Shown piece by piece: positions 1-10,390 of a stretch of DNA of 64,000 nt; positions within the stretch are counted from its first letter, which is position 1, and each line of letters begins with the position of its first letter. The position numbers and the translations under genes are program-made. The notes below the pieces were generated by a model. It searched no databases, was not told where the DNA came from, and saw only the letters and a list, made by a program, of their open reading frames with translations. This stretch comes from an uncultured Hyphomicrobiales bacterium (lineage in GTDB: Bacteria; Bacteroidota; Ignavibacteria; Kapaibacteriales; UBA2268): assembly GCA_964544155.1 (NCBI GenBank), contig CAZJAH010000009.1, positions 14,551 through 78,550 on the forward strand. Reading direction: 5' to 3'.

Positions 1-1
1 G

Positions 2-895
2 GTTAACTTCGCGTCAAACTCTGGCGGCCCGGGCTCTCCGGTGGCAGGAGGCAGGAATGCCATCATGCTGGGTATCCTCTCAGATTACGGAGTGGCTCCG
101 ACATTTGGCGAATGGGTATTGTACGGAATGCCTTTCGTACCGGTCATGGCCATAGTAACAGGGCTTTATTTCTATCTTGTGCTTTATCGTAAAATGAAGA
201 TCAAACAGGCACATGTTTCTCAAATAGTTAAGAAAGCTGCTGAAAAGATAGGCCCTATGACTAAAGACGAATATCTTACGGGCGTTATTCTCGGTATTCT
301 TATCGTACTCTGGATAACAACCAGCGACATACTCGGCCTTGGCGGCCCGATTTTACTTGCTCTTGTACTGCTAAATGTTTTCAGGATATTGAGCTGGAAA
401 AATATTGCCAGTATTCAATGGGAGGTAGTAGCTCTTTATGCCGCTGCCACCGCGATGGGCAAAGGCCTGGCAGTCACCGGCGGAGCGCTGTATATCGCGG
501 ATCTGTTTGTGTCGAATATTCCTTCATTCCTACAATCAGGTGAAGGACTTGCGATAGCTACCAGCCTCTTTACCGGAATAGTCACCAACTTTATGAGCGA
601 CGGCGCTGCAGTGTCGACAATCGGGCCGATCACTGTGCCAATGGCCAAGCTGGCAGATGTTCATCCATGGATGGTCGGTTTTGTTACGGCATTTGCTTCT
701 TCGTTCGCGCATATGTTCGTTATCGGTACGCCGAACAACGCGATAGTCTTTACAATGGCGCGCAATCCCACAACCGGTGCTCAACTGGTTAAGCTTTCAG
801 ATTTCTTTAAGCATGGTGCCGCGGTGTTTGTTCTGTCGATGATAGTTCTTTGGTTTGTAATCATATTAGGTTACTGGAGATGGCTGGGATTTTAA
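2..895 (+). CDS. SLC13/DASS-type (ArsB/NhaD superfamily) anion permease, 5' end cut by the window edge
   Basis: The reading frame is open from base 2. The sequence is polytopic and hydrophobic. Hairpin-tip-like motifs ASNSGGPGSP and IGTPNNAIVF are typical of DASS-type carriers. Confidence 0.65.
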   Translation, partial: VNFASNSGGPGSPVAGGRNAIMLGILSDYGVAPTFGEWVLYGMPFVPVMAIVTGLYFYLVLYRKMKIKQAHVSQIVKKAAEKIGPMTKDEYLTGVILGILIVLWITTSDILGLGGPILLALVLLNVFRILSWKNIASIQWEVVALYAAATAMGKGLAVTGGALYIADLFVSNIPSFLQSGEGLAIATSLFTGIVTNFMSDGAAVSTIGPITVPMAKLADVHPWMVGFVTAFASSFAHMFVIGTPNNAIVFTMARNPTTGAQLVKLSDFFKHGAAVFVLSMIVLWFVIILGYWRWLGF

Positions 896-922
896 ATTAA
901 CGCCGGTTTTGAGGGTAATATT

Positions 923-1402
923 ATGGTAGATAGGATAAATCTTTTGATTGTCGATGACGAAGTGCATTTTCTGGATTCTCTTGCTCAGAGGCTTGAGCTG
1001 AGGGGATTCAACGTAACAAAATCTGATTCCGGCGAATCGGCCATTGAAAGTGCCAGAAAAGAGAACTTCGAGCTTGTACTGCTCGATTTAAAAATGCCGG
1101 GCCTAGGAGGCAAGGAAGTACTTGATATTCTAAAAAAAGAGCATAAATTTATGGAAGTAATCATTCTCACCGGGCACGGCTCGCTCGAATCGGCAGTAGA
1201 ATGTACTAAGCTCGGAGCTTTCGGATATCTGCCAAAGCCCTATGAATTCGAGAACCTGATTGAAATTCTTAAAAATGCCTATGAAGCCCTGCTTAAGAAA
1301 AAATTCAAAAATGATGATAAAAAGCTGGAACAATTGCTTAATATAACTGCTGAGGGCAACGCCCTTGAAATGCTCAAAGAAATGCGTAAATTAGACAACT
1401 GA
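923..1402 (+). CDS. Single-domain response regulator (CheY-like receiver plus short C-terminal helical tail)
   Basis: Receiver motifs are LLIVDDE, LVLLDLKMPGLGG, ILTGHG and LPKPYE. There is no output domain. A GAGGG motif lies 8 nt upstream of the ATG, and the gene starts 27 nt after the permease stop. Confidence 0.85.
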   Translation: MVDRINLLIVDDEVHFLDSLAQRLELRGFNVTKSDSGESAIESARKENFELVLLDLKMPGLGGKEVLDILKKEHKFMEVIILTGHGSLESAVECTKLGAFGYLPKPYEFENLIEILKNAYEALLKKKFKNDDKKLEQLLNITAEGNALEMLKEMRKLDN

Positions 1403-1461
1403 TAGTTTTATCAACTAGTCTGATTTGTGAACTTAAAGCTAAGTTTTTAATAATACATCAT

Positions 1462-1510
1462 AAACGGGATCTAGGCTGTCGATGATATGGCTTTGATCCC
1501 GTTTACTTTT
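1462..1510 (+). terminator. Candidate rho-independent terminator for the response regulator gene
   Basis: A 10-bp perfect stem AAACGGGATC/GATCCCGTTT (1462-1471 / 1495-1504) has a large loop and is followed by ACTTTT. Confidence 0.5.
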
Positions 1511-1543
1511 AGATATATTTAAGTCGCTTGTGAAAGTATGAGT

Positions 1544-1569
1544 AAAAAAAGGGGGCCCTGTCAGCCCCC
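1544..1569 (-). terminator. Rho-independent terminator of the lipoprotein gene 1597..3057
   Basis: Stem GGGGGC/GCCCCC (1551-1556 / 1564-1569). On the minus strand the hairpin is followed directly by a run of 7 T. Confidence 0.8.
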
Positions 1570-1596
1570 TTGAATATCATCAATAGATTTGTTAAT

Positions 1597-3057
1597 TTAA
1601 GGCAGCTCATCAAGAGTTTCGTCAGTTGTCCAGTTATAAACATTACCTTCGGGGCATGATTCAAATGTCACCCCGCTGTGAGTAATGTCAGAATTTTCGT
1701 CAATTATGATGCCGTACGCAAGGCTGTGCTTTAACGCGACATTTTCTAATTCTGCTTTACCTTCTGATAAATCCAGGTTAGCGCCGCCATCTCCCGCGCC
1801 GCCGTATTCAATAACGCAGTTTTTTAACACATTCGAAAACTGATTGTATATCTTAATTCCAAACCAGTACCCCGGGTCCTTGTCTTCATCCATAACCGTG
1901 AAAATGATTGGAGATCCGTCTTTTCCGTCGGCATTAATCTTTCCGCCTTCTTCCACTCTTACTTCAGTGTAATATTCCATAAGGAAAGTTACTCCTTCCT
2001 CGATATTCAGTGTGCCGTTATTAACAGAGAATCCTCTTGTTAAGTATGGAATATTAATTTTGTTGATGTTAGTTGTTTCTTCTATATAAGTCTGGTAGAA
2101 AACTTCTATATAATTTTCGCCGTTATACGCGAAAGTGGACGACATATCCAAAGCGCTTACCTGGTTCAGATGAGCGAATAAAATCGGAGCTTTTTCACAT
2201 TCCATGATCACGCAGCTCTTAAATTCATCAATATCGCCGCCGTAAGCGTTGATGCCGTAACCAAGAGAGCCTTTGATAGTACAGAATCTCATTTTGACAG
2301 AAGCATCGCCGGCTAAACTAACAGCCTGGCCGTCAGTAAGTCCGGCATTTTCTATCACGAGATGTTCCCAAATGTTATCTGCGCGGGCTGAACTTATCTC
2401 CAGGCCTCCCCAGGCGCCATTGTTCGGATTCGTTTCAGGGCCTGTCATTATAACCGGATTTTCAATAGTGCCTTCGACTTTCAGTCCGGCATTTTCACCA
2501 AATGATAATCCCGAGTGAATAGAAGTGAACTCGATCTTCACTCCGGCTTCGATGGTCAGCAGGGCATTGTTTTCAACCCAAATCCAATCGCTAATTCTGT
2601 AGTCAATACCGTCGTTCCTGTTTACGAGTATTCTGTTTTGACTAATATTACCGGAAAGCTCTTCAGGATCGTTAACTGTGCTTTGCTCTTCAGTAACTGT
2701 TACGGTGTAAACAGCCTGAGAGCCGTCTTCGGCAGTCAGTGTGTAAACAACGGGCTGCGTAAAGTCCTGTGCTTCGCCCGATGTCGGGTCGATAGTTGCT
2801 TTTGCGGAAATCGCAATTGTCGGTACTAGGCTGGTCATGTCTGTTCCGGCCGGAACTTCCGCGGTTACTGTCATCAGACTTTGGTCAATGCTGCCCATGA
2901 TAACGGGGCTGAACCCTTCGAATTTAAAACTCACGATCTGCTTTGAGGAGCTTTTATCCGGATTTGCCGGATTGTCATCGTCACTGCAGGAATTAAGTCC
3001 TGCTGAAATTGCCGCAATTACAAATACGGCTAAAAAATTAACTAAATACTTTTTCAC
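1597..3057 (-). CDS. Secreted lipoprotein, probably with a right-handed beta-helix-like body; function unknown
   Basis: The N-terminus MKKYLVNFLAVFVIAAISAGLNSC has a lipobox Cys. The protein is Gly/Asn/Ile-rich and repetitive. It has its own terminator. Confidence 0.7.
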   Translation of the reverse strand: MKKYLVNFLAVFVIAAISAGLNSCSDDDNPANPDKSSSKQIVSFKFEGFSPVIMGSIDQSLMTVTAEVPAGTDMTSLVPTIAISAKATIDPTSGEAQDFTQPVVYTLTAEDGSQAVYTVTVTEEQSTVNDPEELSGNISQNRILVNRNDGIDYRISDWIWVENNALLTIEAGVKIEFTSIHSGLSFGENAGLKVEGTIENPVIMTGPETNPNNGAWGGLEISSARADNIWEHLVIENAGLTDGQAVSLAGDASVKMRFCTIKGSLGYGINAYGGDIDEFKSCVIMECEKAPILFAHLNQVSALDMSSTFAYNGENYIEVFYQTYIEETTNINKINIPYLTRGFSVNNGTLNIEEGVTFLMEYYTEVRVEEGGKINADGKDGSPIIFTVMDEDKDPGYWFGIKIYNQFSNVLKNCVIEYGGAGDGGANLDLSEGKAELENVALKHSLAYGIIIDENSDITHSGVTFESCPEGNVYNWTTDETLDELP

Positions 3058-3262
3058 TTTTTAACTCCAAATAAATTAATATATATGGAAAACCAACAAA
3101 ATATTGAACCCGTGAGATTGCCTTCTCAGTAGTGGATTACAGAGAAGGTCATGTTGTCGGAGCAAATATAGTAAAAAAGCGGAATAGAATTCACTTTTTT
3201 TTATTAATCCATTGTATTCATTAATAAAAAAGCTGCTGCAGTATTCTAATCCTCATTATTAC

Positions 3263-3289
3263 AAAAAAAACCCCTGCTTTTGCAGAGGC
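3263..3289 (-). terminator. Rho-independent terminator of gene 3320..4549
   Basis: On the minus strand the sequence reads CCTCTGC-aaaa-GCAGGGG (one G-U pair) followed by 8 T. Confidence 0.7.
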
Positions 3290-3319
3290 TTGAAATTATA
3301 AAAGAAATCAAAGAAATAG

Positions 3320-4549
3320 TTATGACCTGACTTCTTCCTTTTCTGATTTTTGAATTTTCTCAGTTTTGTAAGAAACTTTCTTTATGAGTTTCTTATCAGC
3401 TTTTCTGCCTGTGAAGTCACCTTCATAGCTTCCTTGGAAATGTTCTATTACTTTGTGGTTTTCATTATATTCCACAACTTTTTCTTCGCGTACGGAATAC
3501 AATTTCCTGTGATAGCAGTAATGCTCTTTAGCCGATGAAGCTTCGAGAAGGTTATGCACTTCCTTGTAATCATTATCGCGAAGCTGCTTCCACTCTATGG
3601 CAACGGCATCGTGGAACAGGTCATAATCACTGCTTTCTTCATTAAATTTGTATTCTTCGACCGATACCAGCTTATCACCGTCATAATTATAGATCATCTT
3701 TGTGTTGCCGGATCCGTGTTCCGTCAATTCCTTATTAGAATATCCTTCAAGAGCCAGAAGCCTGCCGTAATCATCTTTTTTGGCTTTAAACCACTGTTCG
3801 GTCGGATGATCTTCGCAGTCGGCTTTTTCGGTTAATGAATAAACCGGGATTCCATCTTCTGTGAAGTCAGTTTTTGAAATATAGAATACATCGCCGATAT
3901 TCTTATTTTCTTCGGGGTAGTTTTCCTTATCACTTGCGGTAAAGTACTCTTTTGAGCTTTCCACAAGGAAATTCACGGGGTGGTAGCCTTTGGGCCTGCT
4001 GTCTCCCGTGGGCAGATACTTTAGTTTATATGTATAAGCGATATTATTACCGTCGGCATTGACGAAATCAGGATCATCACTGTATTTCTCGAATACCTGT
4101 GCTTCAAGAACGCCTTTATCATAAATAATCTCATATCTTTCTGTTTTATTAGCTTCTTCCGCTTCGCCGTTATACACGGTTTTCTCGAGCAGATAATAGC
4201 TGTGCGGGCAGTATTCGGTTTCAACCGTGCTTACCACAGTTCCGAGTTCCTCGGTTTTTTCAAGTACTGGCAGCCCTTTCTCATTAAATTCACGTCTGAC
4301 TAATTTGATGATCCGGCCTTCGCTGTCTTTAAATTCAGCTTTTTGCCAAAACATATCGCTCCTCTCAGTATAACTATATTCTACGGTTTCGATATCTGTT
4401 CCTTCTTCGTTGTAGGTTTCAGTAGTTTTACTAAGCACGCGGATAAATTCTTCCTGCTGATCTTCCGATTTTTGCGCAGTTTCTTCAGAACAGGATGCTA
4501 AAAAGCCCGCAGTCAATAAAATGATAAATAACCTGTGAAATAATTTCAT
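3320..4549 (-). CDS. Hypothetical lipoprotein
   Basis: I chose the second Met (MKLFHRLFIILLTAGFLASCSEE) because it gives a canonical lipoprotein signal peptide. The track ORF extends to 4573. Confidence 0.7.
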   Translation of the reverse strand: MKLFHRLFIILLTAGFLASCSEETAQKSEDQQEEFIRVLSKTTETYNEEGTDIETVEYSYTERSDMFWQKAEFKDSEGRIIKLVRREFNEKGLPVLEKTEELGTVVSTVETEYCPHSYYLLEKTVYNGEAEEANKTERYEIIYDKGVLEAQVFEKYSDDPDFVNADGNNIAYTYKLKYLPTGDSRPKGYHPVNFLVESSKEYFTASDKENYPEENKNIGDVFYISKTDFTEDGIPVYSLTEKADCEDHPTEQWFKAKKDDYGRLLALEGYSNKELTEHGSGNTKMIYNYDGDKLVSVEEYKFNEESSDYDLFHDAVAIEWKQLRDNDYKEVHNLLEASSAKEHYCYHRKLYSVREEKVVEYNENHKVIEHFQGSYEGDFTGRKADKKLIKKVSYKTEKIQKSEKEEVRS

Positions 4550-4636
4550 TAAATAATCCTCCCAAAAAAGCAATTTAGAATTACATTCTTAACATTACAC
4601 TAATTACGCTATTTTCTTAACAAAGTCAAATGTTTT

Positions 4637-5983
4637 ATGGATGGAAGGCCAATATTTTTGTTAAATTCAAAAGAATACACAGGCGGAGCGGTCATTTATT
4701 GGATGAGCCGCGACCAGCGTATGTACGATAACCGCGCTCTGAATTACGCCCGGGATAAAGCGGAGGAATACGGCACAAACCTTGCAGTATGCTTCTGCCC
4801 GGAGGATTATTTCCCGGGGGCATCTCAAAGGCAATTCGCGTTTATGCTTAAGGGCCTTGTAGAACTCGCGGCCAATCTATATGAAAAAAATGTGCCTTTT
4901 GCTCTGCTGAAAGGTAAGCTCGCTAAGGAAATACCTGAATTCCTCAATAGAATTAATGCAGGATTGCTCATAACGGATTTCGATCCCCTGAAGATAAAAA
5001 GAAAATGGAATGATGACATTCTGAAATCAATCCGGATACCATTTCATGAAGCGGATGCTCATAATATCGTCCCCTGCCGTATTGCCTCGGATAAGCAGGA
5101 ATACGCCGCTTACACTATACGGCCCAAAATCCACAGGCTCCTGCCTGAGTTCCTGTCAGATTTTCCGGTATTTAAGTGTTTTAAAGGAAATGATAAGGCT
5201 TTTCTTGAAAAATACCATACGCCGGTCAATTATGACCTTAATAAATATAAGAGTTTCCCCGGCGAAACGCGCTTTGCTCCCGGTGAGGAAGCTGCCCATA
5301 AAGTACTCAGGGATTTCATCGATAACAGGCTGGATAATTACGCGGCCAAACGAAATGACCCCGCGGAGGATCACTTATCGGGATTGTCGCCATACTTCCA
5401 TTTCGGGCAATTAGCTCCCCAACGGGCGGTTCTCGAAGTTCTGAGTTCAGGCAGGGATAAGGATTCTGTAGATGCTTTCATAGAGGAAGCAGTGGTGAGG
5501 AGGGAGCTTTCCGATAACTTCTGCTTCTATAATGAAAATTATGATAATACTGAGGGTTTCCCTGACTGGGCAAAAAAGTCAATCGCGGAACATAAGAATG
5601 ACAAAAGGGAATTTATATATAGCGTAGAGCAATTCGAAAACGCCGAAACCCATGACAAAATTTGGAACGCCGCCCAAAATGAAATGGTCCTGAGCGGGAA
5701 AATGCACGGCTATATGCGAATGTACTGGGCTAAAAAGATACTGGAGTGGACAGGTTCGCACGATGAAGCAATGCAAACGGCCATTTATCTGAATGATAAG
5801 TACGAACTCGACGGACGTGATCCGAACGGCTATACAGGCATCGCGTGGTCCATTGGCGGAGTACATGACAGAGCATGGCCTGAAAGGACTGTATTCGGCA
5901 AGATCAGATATATGAACGCCGCCGGCCTGAAGCGGAAATTCGACATAAGTAAATATATCGATCGGGCCGCCCGGCTAAAGTGA
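4637..5983 (+). CDS. phr: Deoxyribodipyrimidine (CPD) photolyase, class II
   Basis: Length is 448 aa. The N-terminus reads VIYWMSRDQR.DN.AL. The C-terminal block GKMHGYMRMYWAKKILEW...DPNGY.GI.W is characteristic of class II photolyases. Confidence 0.9.
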   Translation: MDGRPIFLLNSKEYTGGAVIYWMSRDQRMYDNRALNYARDKAEEYGTNLAVCFCPEDYFPGASQRQFAFMLKGLVELAANLYEKNVPFALLKGKLAKEIPEFLNRINAGLLITDFDPLKIKRKWNDDILKSIRIPFHEADAHNIVPCRIASDKQEYAAYTIRPKIHRLLPEFLSDFPVFKCFKGNDKAFLEKYHTPVNYDLNKYKSFPGETRFAPGEEAAHKVLRDFIDNRLDNYAAKRNDPAEDHLSGLSPYFHFGQLAPQRAVLEVLSSGRDKDSVDAFIEEAVVRRELSDNFCFYNENYDNTEGFPDWAKKSIAEHKNDKREFIYSVEQFENAETHDKIWNAAQNEMVLSGKMHGYMRMYWAKKILEWTGSHDEAMQTAIYLNDKYELDGRDPNGYTGIAWSIGGVHDRAWPERTVFGKIRYMNAAGLKRKFDISKYIDRAARLK

Positions 5984-6099
5984 TTTTAGATTACATCTAA
6001 GTTATATAAAAAAATGCGGATTAAGAAAAGTTAGCCATGATACGCGCTTGAAAGGTATATTCTCTAACTTATCATCTTTTCCATAATTAAAATGAATTT

Positions 6100-7281
6100 T
6101 TAATTCCGTATGCTGCCGCCGGCTATAAGCTCATTTACATCATTATTCATAATTCTGCTTAAGCGGTTGCTGTTCAAATCATTAGGAATATCTTTATCGA
6201 GCCAGTGCTTTTTGCAGGCGTTGTAATCGGTAAACACGCACTGGGCAGCTATATTGTGACTTTTGAGCTCCAGGCCGCCTCGCAGAAGATTTGGCACGCA
6301 TGTGCAGGCTGTAAGGCCGATATTTTCACCGGCCCTGGCGCCAGACCATTCTGAAAGGTCTGATGAATGCAAGAGTACCATTACCTCGTATCCGTTTTTG
6401 ATGCCTTCTCTTTTCAGTTCCGCTACCCTGCAGTTTTTATCGCACATTTTGCATTTGAGCCCTCTCGCGGTTATTTCGGCTTTACATTTTTCTATGTCAA
6501 TACGCAGGCAGCCCGGTATAAGGAGGGCTTTGCGTTCGCATTGCACGAAATCTTTCCGGTACGCGCGGTTCATTATCTCAGCGCCTGCCATATTCAGATA
6601 ATACTGCGCTTTTCCTTTTAGGCATGAAACGCAGTCTTCTTTGATTTTGTAGTACTCTTTTTTGCTTTCAATGAAGCAATTCAAACCGGATACGAATTTC
6701 CCGAGGAATCTTTCAGTTTGCAGGACAAATTCAAAAGCGCAGCCAGCAGCCGCAGCGAGTAAGTTTTCCGATATAACTGGATTCAAAATCCTCAGATAAT
6801 TTTCAATCAGCCTGACCCTTGCCAGTTCATGATTGAATTCTGCCGTAGCGGCAAGCCATGAAATCAGTTTTCCCAAGCCCTTTAAGTCTGTATTCAATAT
6901 CACCGGGCCCTCATTCATCATCATTTTATGAAGGAACTTATTGCGAAATTTATCGGCTCTTTCCTTTAGTGTTTTTTTGCCTGATGCTCTAAGCTTAGCT
7001 GATAGCAGCATGGTGAATACACTTTTATCAGAAGTATTCGCGGCGTACGCTGAGTATTCATTCCATAAAACTCCTAATATCAGCAGATCAAGCATGTATT
7101 CTTTTTCAGTCCTAAGGGATTCAATATTGTGTGACTCAAGATATTCTATATAGCCATTCACATATTTGCCCAGCCTCTTTTTTAGAAGCAGTTCCGAGGC
7201 ATCGGCAGCTTCCTTTAGCGCTGTATAAAAATGATCAGAATTTTGATGAATAATATCTAATCTGTAAGGGAAAATATTCAT
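6100..7281 (-). CDS. Cys-rich DUF116-like protein with a roughly 240-aa N-terminal helical extension
   Basis: The C-terminal block is LLIPGCL...C...GLKCKMCDKNC...IGLTACTCVPNLLRGG. It matches my memory of the DUF116 pattern (LLxPxCL, CxxCxxC, GVAC...L..G). Confidence 0.55.
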   Translation of the reverse strand: MNIFPYRLDIIHQNSDHFYTALKEAADASELLLKKRLGKYVNGYIEYLESHNIESLRTEKEYMLDLLILGVLWNEYSAYAANTSDKSVFTMLLSAKLRASGKKTLKERADKFRNKFLHKMMMNEGPVILNTDLKGLGKLISWLAATAEFNHELARVRLIENYLRILNPVISENLLAAAAGCAFEFVLQTERFLGKFVSGLNCFIESKKEYYKIKEDCVSCLKGKAQYYLNMAGAEIMNRAYRKDFVQCERKALLIPGCLRIDIEKCKAEITARGLKCKMCDKNCRVAELKREGIKNGYEVMVLLHSSDLSEWSGARAGENIGLTACTCVPNLLRGGLELKSHNIAAQCVFTDYNACKKHWLDKDIPNDLNSNRLSRIMNNDVNELIAGGSIRN

Positions 7282-7467
7282 GAACCGCCAATTTTTATAT
7301 TCAATTATTTACTTTTGACATTTCATAAACGGTATATAATTAATAAAGTTCCATTATTTTTTTTAAAAAAATTTACTTCATGAATAAAAAATCAAAATAA
7401 TAGCAGCTATAATATCGTATATAGCACAAATTAGTCTTAACTAAATATTAACAAAGGAGTTTATAAC

Positions 7468-9114
7468 ATGAAAAAATTTTTACTATTATTCAGCTTGTTT
7501 TTGATTCCGGCTTTAAGTAAATCCCAGCCGGTACTAAGTTCTTCCTCACTTCCAGAAATTGGAACAGGCATAACCAGGTACTTTTGTGATACAACAGGAG
7601 TAAATGAAGGCCAGGGTGGAGCGGACCGGAGCTGGAATTTTTCTGATATTCAGAAAAATAATGAACCCGCAATGGAAGTAACTTATATAGAACCGTCTGA
7701 AACTCCTTACGCATCGAATTTTCCTACCGCGAATATAGCCATAGACCAGGACACATTGTTTTCCTTTTACGAAAATAGTTCTAATCAAATTGTCAGACTT
7801 GGCATTCAGGGAGAGGACATAAAAGAGACTCTCACAGATACTGAAATTTCATTAACACTGCCCTTTACATACGGTGATACTCACAGCGATACATTTGAAG
7901 GGACAATAGAAACTACTATTCAGGGAACGCCTTACACAATGAACAGATCAGGAAGCCTTACGGCAGAGGCTGACGCCTACGGATCAATTACTCTTCCAAC
8001 AGGTACTTTTAATAATGTGCTAAGAGTAAAGCATACTTACGTACTCGAAGATGAGTTGCCGGTTGTAATCCCCGGAATGCCGTCGCCGATTATGATTACT
8101 GAAGTAATCTCGTATGACTGGATGCACCCCGATTTCTATTATCCTGTTTTTTCGATAAGCTATAATACTTTAAGTTATGAAAACTTTCCAGGCATGGAAG
8201 ACCTGGAGTCAATGTCGGTTCACTATACCTCCACTGAACCGGCTTCCGGTGATATCCCCCTTCCTTCGATTACAGCACCTGTTGACGGCGCTACAGGGGT
8301 ATCATTACCGGTTGAATTATCATGGGTAGTTCCCGAAAGCGGAAAGACTAAAGAAAAAGGAAACACTGATTTAGACCAAAATTATCAATCCAGGGTGCAA
8401 GTAGCCGAAGATATTGATTTCAATTCCATACGGTTTGAAGAAGCAAAAGATGGAAATTCTGCTACAGTTGACGGGCTTGAGCATAGCACAACTTACTATT
8501 GGAGAGTCAGGCTGGAAGAAGGCCAGGAAACAGGTGATTGGACAGAGGTTTACAGCTTCACTACGGGAGAAGCCGAGGCCGGACTTCCCGCGCTGGATTA
8601 TCCGGAAGATAAGCAGGAAGATCTCGAAACGACAATAGAATTCAGGTGGTCTAGTGAAGAATCACACTATTACAGTCTGGAAGTAGCTCTCGACCCCATG
8701 TTTGAGAATATCGTTTTCCAGGATACTACTTTTGAAGAATCATTAACTGTTTTCAGCCTTGAATATAATACCACATACTACTGGAGAGTAGCCATCCAGG
8801 GAGATGCCGGTTGGGTGTACACAAACTCTTATGAGTTTACCACACTCGATCCGTCTTCAGTTATTATCAGCCCGGAAGAAGCAGGAATAAGCATTTATCC
8901 GAATCCGGTTGATAATAAAGTGGATATTGAAAGCAGGGAACCAATAAAAGAAATAAGCCTGATGAGCCTCGACGGCAAAGAGCTTATGAAGAAGAAACAA
9001 AGTAACGGATTAACTAATATTACGCTCGATCTGGGGAATTACGCCGGGGGAACATATCTTTTAATCGTTAATAGCGGAAATAATATTTCCGCTGTAAAGA
9101 TAATTAAAAGATAA
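7468..9114 (+). CDS. Secreted protein with FN3-like repeats and a T9SS C-terminal sorting domain
   Basis: The signal peptide is MKKFLLLFSLFLIPALSKSQ. TTYYWRV-containing modules are repeated. The C-terminus reads ISIYPNPVDNKVDIES...GTYLLIVNSG...KIIKR. AGGAG lies before the ATG. Confidence 0.8.
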   Translation: MKKFLLLFSLFLIPALSKSQPVLSSSSLPEIGTGITRYFCDTTGVNEGQGGADRSWNFSDIQKNNEPAMEVTYIEPSETPYASNFPTANIAIDQDTLFSFYENSSNQIVRLGIQGEDIKETLTDTEISLTLPFTYGDTHSDTFEGTIETTIQGTPYTMNRSGSLTAEADAYGSITLPTGTFNNVLRVKHTYVLEDELPVVIPGMPSPIMITEVISYDWMHPDFYYPVFSISYNTLSYENFPGMEDLESMSVHYTSTEPASGDIPLPSITAPVDGATGVSLPVELSWVVPESGKTKEKGNTDLDQNYQSRVQVAEDIDFNSIRFEEAKDGNSATVDGLEHSTTYYWRVRLEEGQETGDWTEVYSFTTGEAEAGLPALDYPEDKQEDLETTIEFRWSSEESHYYSLEVALDPMFENIVFQDTTFEESLTVFSLEYNTTYYWRVAIQGDAGWVYTNSYEFTTLDPSSVIISPEEAGISIYPNPVDNKVDIESREPIKEISLMSLDGKELMKKKQSNGLTNITLDLGNYAGGTYLLIVNSGNNISAVKIIKR

Positions 9115-9138
9115 GCGGGAGGCTCAAATTTGCGTGTA

Positions 9139-9177
9139 GGCCGGTTTTGCCAGTGAGCAGAACCGGCTTTCTTTTTT
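9139..9177 (+). terminator. Rho-independent terminator
   Basis: Stem GCCGGTT/AACCGGC (9140-9146 / 9161-9167) followed by TTTCTTTTTT. Confidence 0.8.
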
Positions 9178-9253
9178 ACTATACAATATAATGAGAATTA
9201 ATTCGCAATTTCCGTGAATTTATATATTAATATTCGATGGAGATGAAATTAGT

Positions 9254-10234
9254 ATGTTATGTATTCATCATCATAGCACTGACCCGCATTTTAATCTTGC
9301 TGCCGAAGAATACTTTTTCAAGAATTTTAAAGAAAATGTTTTTATGCTGTGGCGTAATGATAACGCCATTATAGTAGGCAAGCACCAGAATACACTTTCG
9401 GAAATAAACCTCGATTACGTAAAGGAAAAAGGAATAAGAGTTGTCCGCAGGCTTTCGGGAGGAGGCGCGGTATATCACGACCTCGGTAATCTGAATTTCA
9501 CCTTTATTCAGCAGGGCGAAAGTGAAAAACTGGTTGATTTCAGGAAATACACACAGCCAATATTAGATATACTTCAGGAATTCGATGTTGACGCCAAATT
9601 TGAAGGCAGGAACGACCTTACAATCCAGGGCAAGAAATTCTCCGGTAACGCAGAGCATGTCTTTAAGAACAGGATTCTTCACCACGGTACTTTATTATTT
9701 GAATCCAAAATGGATGACCTCGTAGCGGCGCTAAAATCAAATCCCCTGAAGTTCCAGGATAAGGCCGTAAAATCGATTAAATCGAGAGTCACAAATATCC
9801 GCGACCACCTGAAAAAGGATATTTCAATCGAAGATTTCACAAATCAGGTGATGAAGCATATTATGGAAATGTACGACGATAGCGAGCGGTATGATATGAC
9901 TGAAAATGACATAGCCGCGATAAGTAAGCTTGTGGAAGATAAATACGGCACATGGGAGTGGAACTACGGCTATTCACCCAGGTATAATTTTCAGAAATTC
10001 CTTAAAACAGCCGGCGGTACGCTTGAATTTGACCTTCTCGTGGAAGACGGCATAATCAGGGAATGTAAGATATTCGGAGATTATTTCAATAAACTGGATA
10101 AGACTGAGATCGAGAAAGCCATCGAGGGATGCCGGCACGAAGAAAACGCCTTAATGAATGTACTGGAAGGCTATAATGTAAATGATTATTTCCATAATGT
10201 AAAAAAAGAAGACTTAATAGAAGGTATGTTTTAA
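9254..10234 (+). CDS. lplA: Lipoate-protein ligase
   Basis: The N-terminus DPHFNLAAEEYFF, the block RRLSGGGAVYHDLGNLNFTF and the motif GKKFSGNA are typical LplA/LplJ signatures. Confidence 0.9.
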   Translation: MLCIHHHSTDPHFNLAAEEYFFKNFKENVFMLWRNDNAIIVGKHQNTLSEINLDYVKEKGIRVVRRLSGGGAVYHDLGNLNFTFIQQGESEKLVDFRKYTQPILDILQEFDVDAKFEGRNDLTIQGKKFSGNAEHVFKNRILHHGTLLFESKMDDLVAALKSNPLKFQDKAVKSIKSRVTNIRDHLKKDISIEDFTNQVMKHIMEMYDDSERYDMTENDIAAISKLVEDKYGTWEWNYGYSPRYNFQKFLKTAGGTLEFDLLVEDGIIRECKIFGDYFNKLDKTEIEKAIEGCRHEENALMNVLEGYNVNDYFHNVKKEDLIEGMF

Positions 10235-10266
10235 AATAAGAATCAAATAATTGGAATGAAATGTGG

Positions 10267-10292
10267 AGCAGGGATAATCCCCTGCTTTTTTG
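10267..10292 (+). terminator. Rho-independent terminator
   Basis: Stem AGCAGGG/CCCTGCT with a 6-nt loop, followed by TTTTTTG. Confidence 0.8.
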
Positions 10293-10322
10293 TTTATACT
10301 TAGAATCACCTGCCTTTCAGTT

Positions 10323-10337
10323 TGGCACGTAAAATGC
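10323..10337 (+). promoter_or_regulatory. Candidate sigma-54 (-24/-12) promoter
   Basis: TGGCACgtaaaaTGC compared with the consensus TGGCAC-N5-TTGC. The GG and GC dinucleotides are at the correct spacing. The site lies 54 nt upstream of the S24 peptidase ATG. Confidence 0.3.
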
Positions 10338-10390
10338 GGTAATGACTCAAAACAAGAAAACAATTATTATATTAATTAAGGTGCTATAAT

